A stretch of DNA of 63,524 bases, filler included, from Dirinaria sp. TL-2023a (taxonomy: Eukaryota): NCBI GenBank assembly GCA_051941275.1. It is 7 parts of 7 records of this genome, joined end to end, with 100 filler letters (N's around TTAATTAATTAA, not from the genome) between each part and the next. Parts side by side here need not be neighbours in the genome. Positions count along the whole stretch, not along the records: positions 45,476 to 54,454 come from JAVEBF010001111.1; positions 54,555 to 63,524 come from JAVEBF010001112.1; 5 more parts are not named here. The stretch is one strand, 5' to 3'. Shown here one piece after another: positions 48,839 through 60,037 of this stretch. The position numbers were made by a program, and so were the translations under genes. Position 1 is the first letter of the stretch; every line of letters begins with the position of its first letter. Under the pieces are notes generated by a model. It did no database searches, had not been told where the DNA came from, and saw nothing but the letters and a program-made list of their open reading frames with translations.

Positions 48839-50784
48839 ATGAGCGCTCCTCTTACGAACGGATCCATGAACCACAGCGCTGCGAGAAAGATCGTTTCTTA
48901 TACGACAACCGCGTTGAAGCGATGGTCATGTTATAGCCCGCGAGAGCTTCCACGTAAGCTAAGCGTGTAATGCTCCGTTCTCTGGCTAATTCCTCGAAAG
49001 CTGTATTTCAGGTGAAAGCTCTCCATGTCTACGATTTTGATAACACATGTGGGTCCCTCAAACGCTAATTGAGGAATATGTCTCTAATTGGCGGAAGTGT
49101 TCATGAGTCCTCTTCCCAACAAAAAGCTCTGGACTGGGGAGACGGTAGGCTGGCTGCAGAATCAAGATCCACTCCTCAATGGGGGCTGGTGGCACGATGA
49201 GCGCATACTGGAAGCTACAGGAGAAGGCATGGAGCAAGAAGAACGGCAAGCTTGGAAAGGTTGGTGGAACGAGAACATCGTACGGTCCTTCAGCGCACAT
49301 CATAATCCAGGACTAATATGGAGAAGGTAGACCTCGTCCGGTTGAGCATGAAACAGGATGATGCACTCACTGTACTCCTCACCGGTCGAGCGGAGCATAA
49401 CTTTACTGAAGTCATCAAAAGAATTGTCGCCAGCAAGCAATTGACGTTCGACATGATCTGTCTGAAACCTCAGGCTGGCCCGAACAATCAACGCTTCAGC
49501 TCAACCATGAAGTATAAGCAAGCTATACTGGAAGATCTGGTCCATACTTACGTAGATGCTAACGAGATTCGCGTCTATGAAGACAGACCAAGACAGTGAG
49601 ATAACCGCCCACAGACAATTACGCTCATATTAACAAGCAATAGCACCGAAGGATTCAGAGAATACTTTGAAAAGTTCAACGAGACCCTCCAGCTTTCCGC
49701 TCCTCCAAGCCGGCGTCCGATCAAAGCAGAAATCATCCAGGTTGCTGACACGGTGACCACACTTGACCCCGTGGTAGAAGTCAGCGAGGTTCAACGGATG
49801 ATCAACGCGCATAACGTTGCCATTCGTTCCGCAAATCCCAACCACCTCTTGCCGTACGAGATAAAGCGCACAGTCTTCTTTACTGGGTATCTCCTAGTAC
49901 CGAGTGACGGCGCGAAGCTCGTTGAGATATTGAAACGCTCTCGAGGTGTGACCGACAACGGCATAACATACCTAGCCAATTGCATCTTGATCTCCCCACG
50001 TCCACCGTCTGGGTCGATACTGAAAAAAGTTGGCGGCTGGGGCCAGAAGCAAAAATGGCAAGTGACCGGTATCGGCAGCTTCGAAAACAGAGACTACCAA
50101 ATCTGGGCAGCCCGGGTGGCTCCCGTCCCACCGCAGTCTTCTATCCACACCGAGACACCGATCCCCCTGGTCGTCCTAGCAATGACGAGGAACGCTCGGC
50201 CCATTGACGCTAATAAAATCCAGAGTTGGCAGTCTACGAGCCCCAATGACTCGTTCGTTTTCGAGACGTCGGTGGGCGAGAAGGTTCAATTACGTGTCGA
50301 ACCAGAGAGTGACGTCGACAGCGAGTATGAGAACGCGAACGGGAACAAAGACCCCAAGCGATCCTTCCAGAACGATAACGGTCGGGATAGATCCTATCGA
50401 CCAAACAGAGGTGGCCACGGCAATGAGGACAACCGGAGACCCAGTGGCCAAGGTGGGTATCGCGGTGGTTACCAGAACCGCGGCAGAGGAGGCGGAGGCG
50501 GAGGCGGAGGCGGGAACGGACCATCTAGCGGCCAGAACCGGGGTAGGGGCGGAGGTGGTGGCCGCAGTGGAGGGAATATGAGGGGCCGAGGAAGGGGAAA
50601 GGCGTACAGGTCACTCGATGATGTCGGGCCTGGGAACGACCGGTACATCGGACAAGGTCGAAGTCAACATCAAGCCCACCACAACGACGGGCCCGGCGGC
50701 TACGGCCACGATTACAAATCGACCTTTCCGCCTCTGGGTGGGGGAGATGGCGCAGCGGATGCGGGACTGCCCTATGGAGGGTAA
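48839..50784 (+). CDS. Swiss-Army-Knife RNA-repair-like HAD domain protein with C-terminal RGG region
   Basis: HAD motif I LHVYDFDNT-LF, GGWWHD, WWNE, VLLTGR, MICLKP, YEDRP across four introns; tail RGGYQNRGRGGGG...RGRGRG. Confidence 0.85.
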
Positions 50785-51473
50785 AGTAGAGCTGCTAATC
50801 TAACGATATGACGGCGGATATGGTTGTATGATATATGTACGTTCTTCAGCGTCGGCGCGCGGAAGGTAGGCAGCTGGATAGGTAGGAATAAAATGCTGCT
50901 ATGATTGCCGCAAAAGTACAAGAAATGTAAGGGTCTTGTTCGTCTACTAGCTTGTCAAATGGATCAAGCATCTTTCTGATCCGTATCAAAGATTATCGCA
51001 GAGCTCACATGTGCAGTGCAGTGCATGCTTATCTTTGTATTTGGTCTTGCATAACAGTGTGTTAGATGGATAGGTTCTTTGAACAATCTTCGTCTGTTTC
51101 TCTCTTTCGTCTTCACCACTATGTACACCGACCCCTCTCCTCTCTCCTCTCTCTCTCCCTCTCTCCATATGCAATCTATTTTCTCCGCCATACTTCGATT
51201 TCCCAATTTCGATTATCCTTAATCCGCATTCAGAACCTGGAGTTTAAATAAAAAAAACCCCCCACCCCTTGCATACTCAGAACCCCTGTAAATGCGAGCC
51301 CCACTGTACATGACTCGGCCGCTCGGGCCTCAGGTACCTAGAAAAGGGTATTGCAATGCACGCTGAAATCAAAGCCTGTCGATTATGATTCCTCTCCTTT
51401 CGTCCGTTTTTTCTCTCGTTCTTCCAACGGCGCTGATCACATCCCTCCCTACAAGGCCTTTTGCAAGACTCGA

Positions 51474-52393
51474 TCAATCGTCCGTCAACCGATCCAATAA
51501 ACTGATGCTCAGTATCATCACCAACAGCCCTATCGTCACTATGATGAGCAACGCGAACCCGAACCATCCCAGTATCATGGCCGTGGCGCCCACTCCCGAT
51601 TTGAGGCTGCCGTTCCCTAGATCCTGCGCTATGGTGCTGGCGCCGACGGATGCCGTGTGCTGCCACAACACGGACACCAGCACGAAGACGGACGAGATGA
51701 AGATGAGCGCCAGCGCGACTTGGGAGACTGCACGGGAGGGGAAGGGTTTGACGTCTCGCTCAGAACCCCTTTCGTCAGTCTCTTGGTGCCAGCCCGGGAA
51801 TGTGGCGAGGAGTAAGAAGGTGATAAAGGCCAGGATTATGGCGACGATGCTTGGAATGGCGTGTTAGCCAATGGTTAGGAGTGACTGGGAGCCTTAGGAC
51901 TTACATTAGGTATGGGAACACGATCGAATCTTTGAAGGTGCTGGCGACCCAGATCAGATTCAGGGGATCCTGATCCACGCTGACTTGTCCCGCCAAGCTG
52001 GATGCGTTGTTGCTGCATAGGAATGATCCGCCGTCGGGATTGATACAGAGGCCGAAATATCCCACCCGGACCTCCAATTGAGCTTGTCCCACAATATTCG
52101 CTATTGCAGTCGTCACGCCCGGGTCCACTTGTGCCGGGTCGAAGACCGGAGGGTATGATTGGTAGTAAAGTGAGATGAGGAAGATGTTGGGGATCAGTGG
52201 CGATGATGAAGAACAGCCAGCGAGGAGCAGTGAGAGGAGGATGATGGCAACGGCGATGAAGATCATGAGAACATGGTGGTACCCGAAGAAAGGGATGATT
52301 CCTGGTGCACCATTAGCGGTCTATCCTTTCTTCGCAGTGAGGCTCGAGGGATGACATACGGTTCAAGCCCAGTGCGAATCTTAAATTCGCCAT
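51474..52393 (-). CDS. FIG1: Ca2+ regulator / mating membrane-fusion protein Fig1
   Basis: LLLAGCSSSSPLIPNIFLISLYY, LEVRVGYFGLC..DGGSFLCS, DPLNLIWVASTFKD, LLATFPGWHQETD...EVKPFPSR, SVLWQHTASV; claudin-like four-TM layout; three exons. Confidence 0.9.
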
Positions 52394-53544
52394 AGTGACG
52401 GTGGTGCTGGCTTAAACCAGTTGCTAGAGGCTGCCCTCGAGCAGTCCTCCGCTTCGCCTAGTCCTTCGAAAAGGACGGATTCTGAATTGACGCTCAATCC
52501 TCGTGGCAGCTCGTGGCTATCCGGGCAATGCTTGGAGATGTTTTAGATCGGTGCGAGATGGAATGTGGAGGAAATTGGAATGCAAGATTCCAAAGAAGCG
52601 AGTGTCAATTGCGGAGGTGATAATAGAGGTGGCGATGATATTCCGAGGACTAAAAAACACTTTGTCAGAACGGATATCCTTTTTCCCTAAACTCTGCAGT
52701 AGATGATAATAATTAGAGTGTAGCTCAGCTCAGCTCAGGAAGATTTGTCCAGGTCCCCAAGACCTGACATGCGCACGACTAGTAAGAGAGACGTCTCGTA
52801 GAAATCCATGGAGGCTGGTGCGCTGAAATTAGGCTGGGAATAAGCCGTTGGCATCCCAACCTCCCTCTTTTCGCCTGACGTACATATTTACGGGTCGGTT
52901 GCGAGGAGTAACGGGCTCGCTTAGATGCAGGGGCAACCGTTTGGCTCCCGCCGCTAATGTGGAGCCGCATCGTCTTGGCAGAGGAGGCGGTTCGAGTACC
53001 GAGACTACATTCCATTCCTGAAAACCACATCATACCTTCGAAAATGCGGGATACCTATCGTCGATGATTGCTGCCAATTATTGTATCTATGCGCAGCTTT
53101 GAATAGATAAGTCATCACTGCTATCTTCAATGACAGGCCCATCTCAATCATGTATATCCGGATCTTAGCCACCTGCTGCAATCGTGTCAAGAAATTGATG
53201 AATGTTTCGTAAAACGTAGTGACACAGCCGAAATCGCCTTGCTCGCTCCTGAGATATTTGATCTGGATCTCTAGAAAATATTCTACTCCACTCGTCGAAA
53301 GCATTGCCCAAATTCTCGCTTTTGGAACCAATCTTCCTCCCACGAGTCGGAGGACTGTGCAAGTAAGCAATCCCTTACTCCCAAGTAGTAAATACGCAAG
53401 AAAGAAGAAATTCAATCAAGATATCCCATTCGTGGTTCGCGAATACACTTCATATGGTCATTGATTGTTTAGTCTATCATAAGTAATAAATAGAAAGACA
53501 TACTGCCCCGGAGAGAAGGGAGAAGAAAAAAAAAAAGATATGTG

Positions 53545-53728
53545 CCTGCCTATAAGGATTCGAACCCTCGACCTTGTCAAGAACATTAACAACTTGCCAA
53601 AAAATGGTGCAGCCGTATCGGGTGAGGGTTAGACGATGGAATTCCAAGGCCTTTCGCGGAGTCATGCCGCTACACCACACCGTGCTACGTGGTAACCTTG
53701 AAAACCTTTGTTACAATTATAATATATA
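53545..53728 (-). ncRNA. Putative Pol III small RNA gene, copy 1 of a tandem pair (family not recognised)
   Basis: Minus strand: TATA-like element, A box TGGTGTAGCGG (53667-53677), structured core, T6 at 53599-53604, B box GGTTCGAATCC (53556-53566), second T-run. Confidence 0.6.
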
Positions 53729-53884
53729 TCCTTTTTTTTCTCTTTTCTTCATTTCAACTCTCTATGCTATTAAGCCACCACACTGCTCCATGGTAACATT
53801 ATCATTTATCTTGTATTTAATCTAGATATACTTTCGTTTCCATTTAGGTTTTAACATGCTCAAGCCAAAAATAAAAAACAAAAG

Positions 53885-54066
53885 GTGAGCCTATGAGGAT
53901 TCGAACCCTCAACCTTGCCAAAAACATTAGAGCTTGCCAAAAAATGGTGCAGCCGTATCGGGTGAGGGTTAGACGATGGAATTCCAAGGCCTTTCGCGGA
54001 GTCATGCCGCTACGCCATCACTGTACTACGTGGTAACCTTGAAAAACCTCGTTCCCAATTATAAAA
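53885..54066 (-). ncRNA. Putative Pol III small RNA gene, copy 2 of a tandem pair
   Basis: Same layout 340 bp away: A box TGGCGTAGCGG (54007-54017), core 53933-54013 identical to 53593-53673, B box at 53897-53907. Confidence 0.6.
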
Positions 54067-54454
54067 TAAATACTTTATTCCCCCCAAGTTCGGTCCCCAC
54101 TGAATTACTCACTCACTCACGCTTACTAACTTTTTCATTTTTTGAATGTATGCAGAGTTCTACAGGCTATTGCTATATAATGTACATTGACCTCCTCTGC
54201 TTTAAAACTTAATTGACAATAACAACTGTTCAGCCAGTCATCATAATATATGCCTTCTTTAGCAACTTCTACTTTCCCCTACATTCCCGCCTGCCTCTCC
54301 AGCCTTGCCCCACATATCTATCTCCGCCAGCATGCACTTCCAAGACGAATTTTTTACAAAAATCCTTCCTTCCCTTCCAACAACCGCTCTACTACTTACT
54401 TGCTGTGTACAGTATGGATAAATAAATATCCTCCCCCTTTCCATGCTATATCTC

Positions 54455-54554
54455 NNNNNNNNNNNNNNNNNNNNNNNNNNNNNNNNNNNNNNNNNNNNTT
54501 AATTAATTAANNNNNNNNNNNNNNNNNNNNNNNNNNNNNNNNNNNNNNNNNNNN
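54455..54554. other. Artificial contig spacer
   Basis: N44-TTAATTAATTAA-N44. Confidence 0.99.
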
Positions 54555-55185
54555 AAGCAGTCCCAGAAAAGCGGTCCAAGATGTGCAGTTCGAGAGGAGC
54601 GGTTTGATAAGAACGGGCCACGAGGAGCGCTTTCAGAAGAGCGGCCTCAGAAGAGCAGTGTGAGAAGAACGATGTCTATGACACTGAAGGGAGCTTTAGT
54701 TGGTTCGAAGGAATTGAGGGAAGAGGGCTTGTGGGGCGTCAAAATAAGCTCACCGATGCAATGACCGAAAAATCTTCTTTTGGAAGGACGCTTAGGCTTA
54801 GGGGGTCGCGCTGTCTGAGGGCTGGCTTGGCTGGTGGGTTGCTGCTCTGTCTCTGCTTGCACGCCCGGCCTTACTCGAGACTGGTCTGTTTGTTGGGGTG
54901 TTTCGTCCGTGTGCTGCTCTTCAGATGCTTCATGGAGTTCTCTTTCATGCTTCCCACACTCCACACGCTCTGTTTGGCATCTGCTTAGTAGCTTCAGGGG
55001 TTTAGTGATAGCTGGCCTCACTGACCGAGCTTGATCTCTTCCCTCCTCCTCTGCGCGGACAATCCGGAATCAGTCAGTTGGGTGATAGCATCTTCATATA
55101 GTAAAGCCGCGTTGATGGCTCTACGGGTCTCAGGATCGAGTACAGGCTCTCCAGCAGCTGTGTCAGTGGGATTGTTTGAGTTCAT
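54555..55185 (-). CDS. Hypothetical protein (spliced, probably 3' truncated)
   Basis: MNSNNPTDTAAGEPVLDPETRRAINAALLYEDAI... can be spliced in frame to a Q/E/P-rich exon; no recognised domain. Confidence 0.35.
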
Positions 55186-55513
55186 TGTGCCTTCACGACT
55201 GAGTGTCGTCTGTGAATCGAGGGCAGTTAACAAAGCTTGTAAGGTAAGATGGAATGTGTTGCTCTTGGATGGTTCAGTCTGGAGGAAAGTGGGAAGAAGG
55301 TGAGAAGAAAAGGGAAATGAAATGAGATGGGAAGATAGCTGCTGAGGTAGGCGCCTCTTCTCGGCGCACAAATATGCACAGACAAGGTCATTCTTATGCA
55401 GCCAGCTTCAAAAGACAATGCATTCACAGGAGCCTAGCCAGGAGATATTGTAACGTTAATGAATGGCAGGCAGGTCCTGCAATAGTTGGACCGCAAGGTA
55501 AGTAGTCCAGAGC

Positions 55514-56304
55514 TCAATCATATTTCCCATCAGTGCGGACAAGTCCGGCTTTCTCATTCTCTGCCTTGCTCTTTCTGCTCCAGTCTGGAGCCTCGTCTTT
55601 TCCATTCTCTTCTTCCTCATCTCCTTCCTCCTTGGTCTTATGCACGGTCTGAGGATCGTGCTCGGCGGGTGAATATATTGTGTAAAGAATCTGACGCAGC
55701 TCTTAGCGGAGAAGTTTTTGACGACCACGTGCAATATTGGCAGGAGGTTCTCGTCAAAAGCTTCTATGAAAGTGCCCTCTTACCAAGGGAGTTGGACCAG
55801 TGTTGACGAATTGGTGTTGGGTCCCGGCTGGTACCACCATCAGGTCTCCAGCCTTTACATCCTGATCTTTGCCATTGATCGTTGCTTTTCCTACGCCAGA
55901 CGTGAAAGTCAAGGCTTGATCCACAGTATGTACCTGAGAAACTCTCAGCAGATCGTTCTCCCTGGCCCTTATATATATATAATGCATATCGGAAGACTAA
56001 TGCTAGGAACAGGGCGACGAGATACCTCATCACCGATGTCTCCCCCCACTGGGACGGTCATTAAAACCACCTGAGAATACAATCCAGTCCATAGCACTCG
56101 CCGGAATTCCCCGGACTTTGAGGGCAAGGCATTTCCCATGTTGGGGAAGTATTGCATCTCATGTTTAGGGGGTCCCGAGGGCATCTTGGGGTCTTTGGCA
56201 AAGAAATAGGCTGAGCTGGAAAGGGGCCTTCTTCTACTGAGTCTGGCTTGGAGGGATACACGCGGGGCTCTGGGGAGAGTTCGAGGGGCCCGGAACAAGA
56301 TCAT
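55514..56304 (-). CDS. RmlC-like cupin (Cupin_2) protein with predicted mitochondrial presequence (3 exons)
   Basis: FRRVLWTGLYSQVVLMTVPVGGDIGDE-VHTVDQALTFTSG...AGDLMVVPAGTQHQFVNTG.TPL-ILYTIYSPAEH...YD*. Confidence 0.88.
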
Positions 56305-56665
56305 GAAGATGATTGTCAGTCTCTGTGCACCTCCAAGTGAGATGTCGTTACAATTAACATCACTGAATGACGTCTACACGGTTGTGGCGCAGAGTGGCGC
56401 AAAATGACTTTTTTTGTCACGTGACTAGAATTTTCCAGTGGTTCAGTACCGGGTATCGACTTCTGCGCGAAGTGGAGAACCAGAAGTGGAGAGAAAGGGA
56501 GCCATTATCAAACACTGGAGGCTCTTGGTATTGCAGGATAATCCAAACAATCAATCATTGAAATAATTGTTCTGGCATCCAACACTGAAAGGGTTTTGGT
56601 ACTTCCGGATAACTCAAGCCCTCAACTGTCGGAACAGCCACATTTTGAGATCAAAACAATCCAGC

Positions 56666-58234
56666 ATGTCCTCTTCCACCTGGGCCCTCAACCAGCTATC
56701 TAAGCTCATCCAACTTGATGACCAGTCCTTACAGGAAATTCTCGATTACACAAATACCCTTGACAAGACTGCTGCAGCAGAACATTTGAAAAATCTGCTT
56801 GGAGATTCGCCAAAATCCCTTGAATTTATTAGCTCTTTTAACTCACGTCGTGAGGCTCCTGGGGCTCCGAAGGTAAGTACTGAGGCAGCGAAACCGAATC
56901 GAAAGCCCAAGAAGAAGTCGGCCCCCCTCCACAACCTGCCAGCTCGGCGCATCGAGAACCATGGAAATGTCACTGGCGGATATCAGAAAAGCGCCGAAGA
57001 GGATTACGTGACTCAGTCTCGTAAGTCTCGCAAAGAGCCAGCATTAGCAAAGGCGTTGGCCCTTTCAGAGACACCTGATGCCCGCCAACTACCCGTCAAA
57101 GTGCCAGTTACGTCAACTCCATCAACCAAGCTTCCACCTTCGGCTTCCGGGCAGCTCATATCGGATTTGCCTAATGTACGAACATCTTCACACTCCCGAA
57201 ACTCTTCCAGAACCGCATCGCCCGCGGCCAAGAAAAGGATCAACGTTGCCGGAGGGCAGTCTATGCATGGAGCATCAACTACCATCCAAGACCTCGATTC
57301 CGCCATACGAGCTCTGGAGATCCAGACTAATCCTTCCATCGCCAGTGATCCTGCTAAGCGACGCTGCGACTGCCTTGCCACAAGACATCCCCTCCTCGCC
57401 GCGGCACCTAATTGCCTAAATTGTGGTAAGATTATCTGCGTCAAGGAGGGCATCGGCCCGTGTACTTTCTGCGGTCATGCGCTGCTGTCGCCCGAAGACA
57501 TCAATTCCATGGTTCGGTCGCTGAAAGAGGAACGCGGAAAGGAGAGGATGGATGTTAACAACAGCGCCTACCGCCGTGCCGACGTCGCTTCAACCCCCAG
57601 GCCTTTCTCGAGCACTTCACCAGATAGCGCAGATGCTACATTAGCGCAAGCTCGTCAGCATCGTGACAAGCTTCTGAACTTCCAGGCCGAAAACGCTCGC
57701 CGCACCCGCATCATCGACGAAGTCGCTGACTTTGAGACTCCGACTGCTGGGCAGAGCATGTGGAGCAGTCCCATGGAGAGGGCAGCGCAGCTGAAGAGGC
57801 AACAAAAGGTTCTCAGGGAACAGGAATGGAATGCTAAGCCAGAGTACGAGAAGCGGAAAATGGTGGTTAGTGTGGATATCAAGGGCGGCAAAGCAGTGAG
57901 GAGAATGGCAGAGATGGAGCGTCCCTCGGATGATGAGGACCTTGATGAGGGTCTAGCTTCCGTCGATGGGGCAGAAATTGAGAATTTCACTGGCACGCAA
58001 GGAGCTCTCAGTAAGAATCCTCTCATGGGCGGCTTGATCCGTCCTATGTGGAAGGGCAAAGGCAAAGACGAGGCAGGCGATGACACTGCAGACAAGGAGA
58101 ACCGAACGAAGAACATGTGGAGGCGAGTACAGGATGATCAGGATGACAATGAAGAATGGATCCTGGACGGAGGCCTCTACGGCGGTGATACTTCGGAGAG
58201 AATACTGGGCGATGAAGAGCATGCACATGGCTAG
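56666..58234 (+). CDS. RQT4: C2HC5 zinc-finger protein (TRIP4/ASC-1/Rqt4 family)
   Basis: CDCLATRHPLLAAAPNCLNCGKIICVKEGIGPCTFC; N-terminal HLKNLLGDSP..LEFISSF; ARQHRDKLLNFQAENARRTRIIDEVADF. Confidence 0.88.
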   Translation: MSSSTWALNQLSKLIQLDDQSLQEILDYTNTLDKTAAAEHLKNLLGDSPKSLEFISSFNSRREAPGAPKVSTEAAKPNRKPKKKSAPLHNLPARRIENHGNVTGGYQKSAEEDYVTQSRKSRKEPALAKALALSETPDARQLPVKVPVTSTPSTKLPPSASGQLISDLPNVRTSSHSRNSSRTASPAAKKRINVAGGQSMHGASTTIQDLDSAIRALEIQTNPSIASDPAKRRCDCLATRHPLLAAAPNCLNCGKIICVKEGIGPCTFCGHALLSPEDINSMVRSLKEERGKERMDVNNSAYRRADVASTPRPFSSTSPDSADATLAQARQHRDKLLNFQAENARRTRIIDEVADFETPTAGQSMWSSPMERAAQLKRQQKVLREQEWNAKPEYEKRKMVVSVDIKGGKAVRRMAEMERPSDDEDLDEGLASVDGAEIENFTGTQGALSKNPLMGGLIRPMWKGKGKDEAGDDTADKENRTKNMWRRVQDDQDDNEEWILDGGLYGGDTSERILGDEEHAHG

Positions 58235-58925
58235 AGTTGAGGCATACCTACTCCGTACCTACTGCCGCTACTGCAGCTGCTGCAGTACGAGTACTTCTAC
58301 GGAGCACATCTAGGAATTACTGGAGCCAGCAAATGTATGTACTGTACAGTACATACGGAGGTATTCCGTAGCATAGCGAACCCGCCGATGCTCGCTTGCA
58401 CATAGTATCGATAAGGGTGCAGCAATGGAGTACGTCGGTCGGTAACTTTGCGTTATTGCGGTGTCATGTTCCACTACTGCTTGTACTTTCCGTCGCCCGT
58501 GCCAGATACTGCTGGCAACCGTGGAGCCCGTGGGACATTTAATTAGCGATGTTCCCAATGATGCGGGCGGTAAGCGCCGAGAGACAGCCGATCTCTCCAT
58601 GTACCGTACTACTACTGGCGGTTAGGATATTCGATGCCGTAATGAAAGCAGCACTCCATATTCACTGTATAAAAGGGGCAATAATTGTAGACGCTGTCGT
58701 CTATGCATGCCAGATTTATGAATTGAATGTGAAGGCGATCTTGGTCAATTTTCCACGACCAGGCAATCTTACATTGTTGCTTCCCTCACAGTACTTTATT
58801 GATTAAGATACCTACCTTATTCCCTCATCATCGTCTCTGCCACACGCCCGCCTTCTAGAAGTGGACTAGACTCAGGGCAATAATATGTAGAGTAGAGGTA
58901 GAGCTTCAGGAAAGGGACTGAGGTG

Positions 58926-59868
58926 TGAGCAAACAGTGCAAACCAGCGTCTAGACTCGACAACGGTTCCAGTGCAGCTTCTCACTGGCCCGCCAATCAAG
59001 CTCCGATGCACCATCGCAGCTCCTCGTCACGGCCCGCGAGCACTCGAACCAGCAAATCAGCGACGGGACGATGCAGCTCATCAACGACATCCTCCCGATT
59101 TCCATTTAGTCAATTTAGTGTCCGCTCGGCTCAATCCTCAATGCATCAGGGATCGCGGTCGGATTGGCTGGAGCTTTGATGGGGAATTTCTGCAGAGCGC
59201 ATCCAATGCTTGGCACAGAATCCGCACTGGTCGCACTGAGTCGCACTGAGCAATGAGCAATGAGCAATTAATGAGCATCCCATTATTCCCCCGACCCTGC
59301 GCAAAAATCCCTCCAGGTTCTAGGAGTACCTTAGTACATGTAGATTGACTTCCAAAAAGCTTGAGCCGTCTCCACTGCATCTCGATCCTCGAACGAGTTT
59401 GGCCTGCTGTATACGCCACTCCCCCCTCCGACCATCTAGCCCCGTCACATCCCCCCTCCAAGCGCCAATTAACGGGGTGTGATGCACTTCCTTCTAGCGG
59501 TCGAGCCATGGTGGGAGCTATGGCTTGCCTTCTCTCCGCAATGCAAGGGACTACTACATCCCAACGTTGGCTCCCGGAACTTTTCTTCCTCCTCTTGCGC
59601 ATCATCGTCGACTGACTCGAGCTCTCCCACAGCCTTCACCGACCTTTCGCACGTCGCTGCAGTCTCTACTGATATTCGCCATACCGAGGAGCTGGCTTCC
59701 TTGCTTTCCCTTGCGTCTTCCATCTCAATTAGCATAGCGCGGCGTTTAGCGGATCGAACAAGACAAGATACCCCACTCGTCTCCAATTTCATAGAATTCG
59801 AATGATCACGACGGCGCAAGCCCAACTTATTGTAGTACCAGATCCTCGCTATCGAGACGAATTGCTCA
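58926..59868. promoter_or_regulatory. Cluster of copper-response-element-like motifs upstream of the metalloreductase
   Basis: TGAGCAAA (58926-58933) and TGCGCAAA (59298-59305) match the reverse complement of TTTGC(T/G)C(A/G); tandem TGAGCAA x3 at 59247-59268; ATTGCTCA at 59861. Confidence 0.4.
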
Positions 59869-60037
59869 ATCAGCGCATGACCGCTTTTGAGGCCTCAAAC
59901 TGCATTTGAAACATCGGAGGCGCGACTGGCACAGCTGAACCATATCCACCGCAGAGAAATCGACGACGCTCGTGCAGCGACTGCTACAAAAGTGGTGGGG
60001 GTTTCCAATACTGGGCCAGGATTGTCCAGTCATCATC

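Noticed and set aside
52779..53415. Minus-strand 136-aa and 84-aa ORFs upstream of FIG1
   Set aside because: No domain recognised; may be a relic but cannot be supported.
20852..58234. Apparent clustering of ubiquitin and proteostasis genes (UBA1, prefoldin, RING E3, RQT4; also PRE7, ESC2, F-box)
   Set aside because: They lie on different contigs joined artificially; co-occurrence is incidental.
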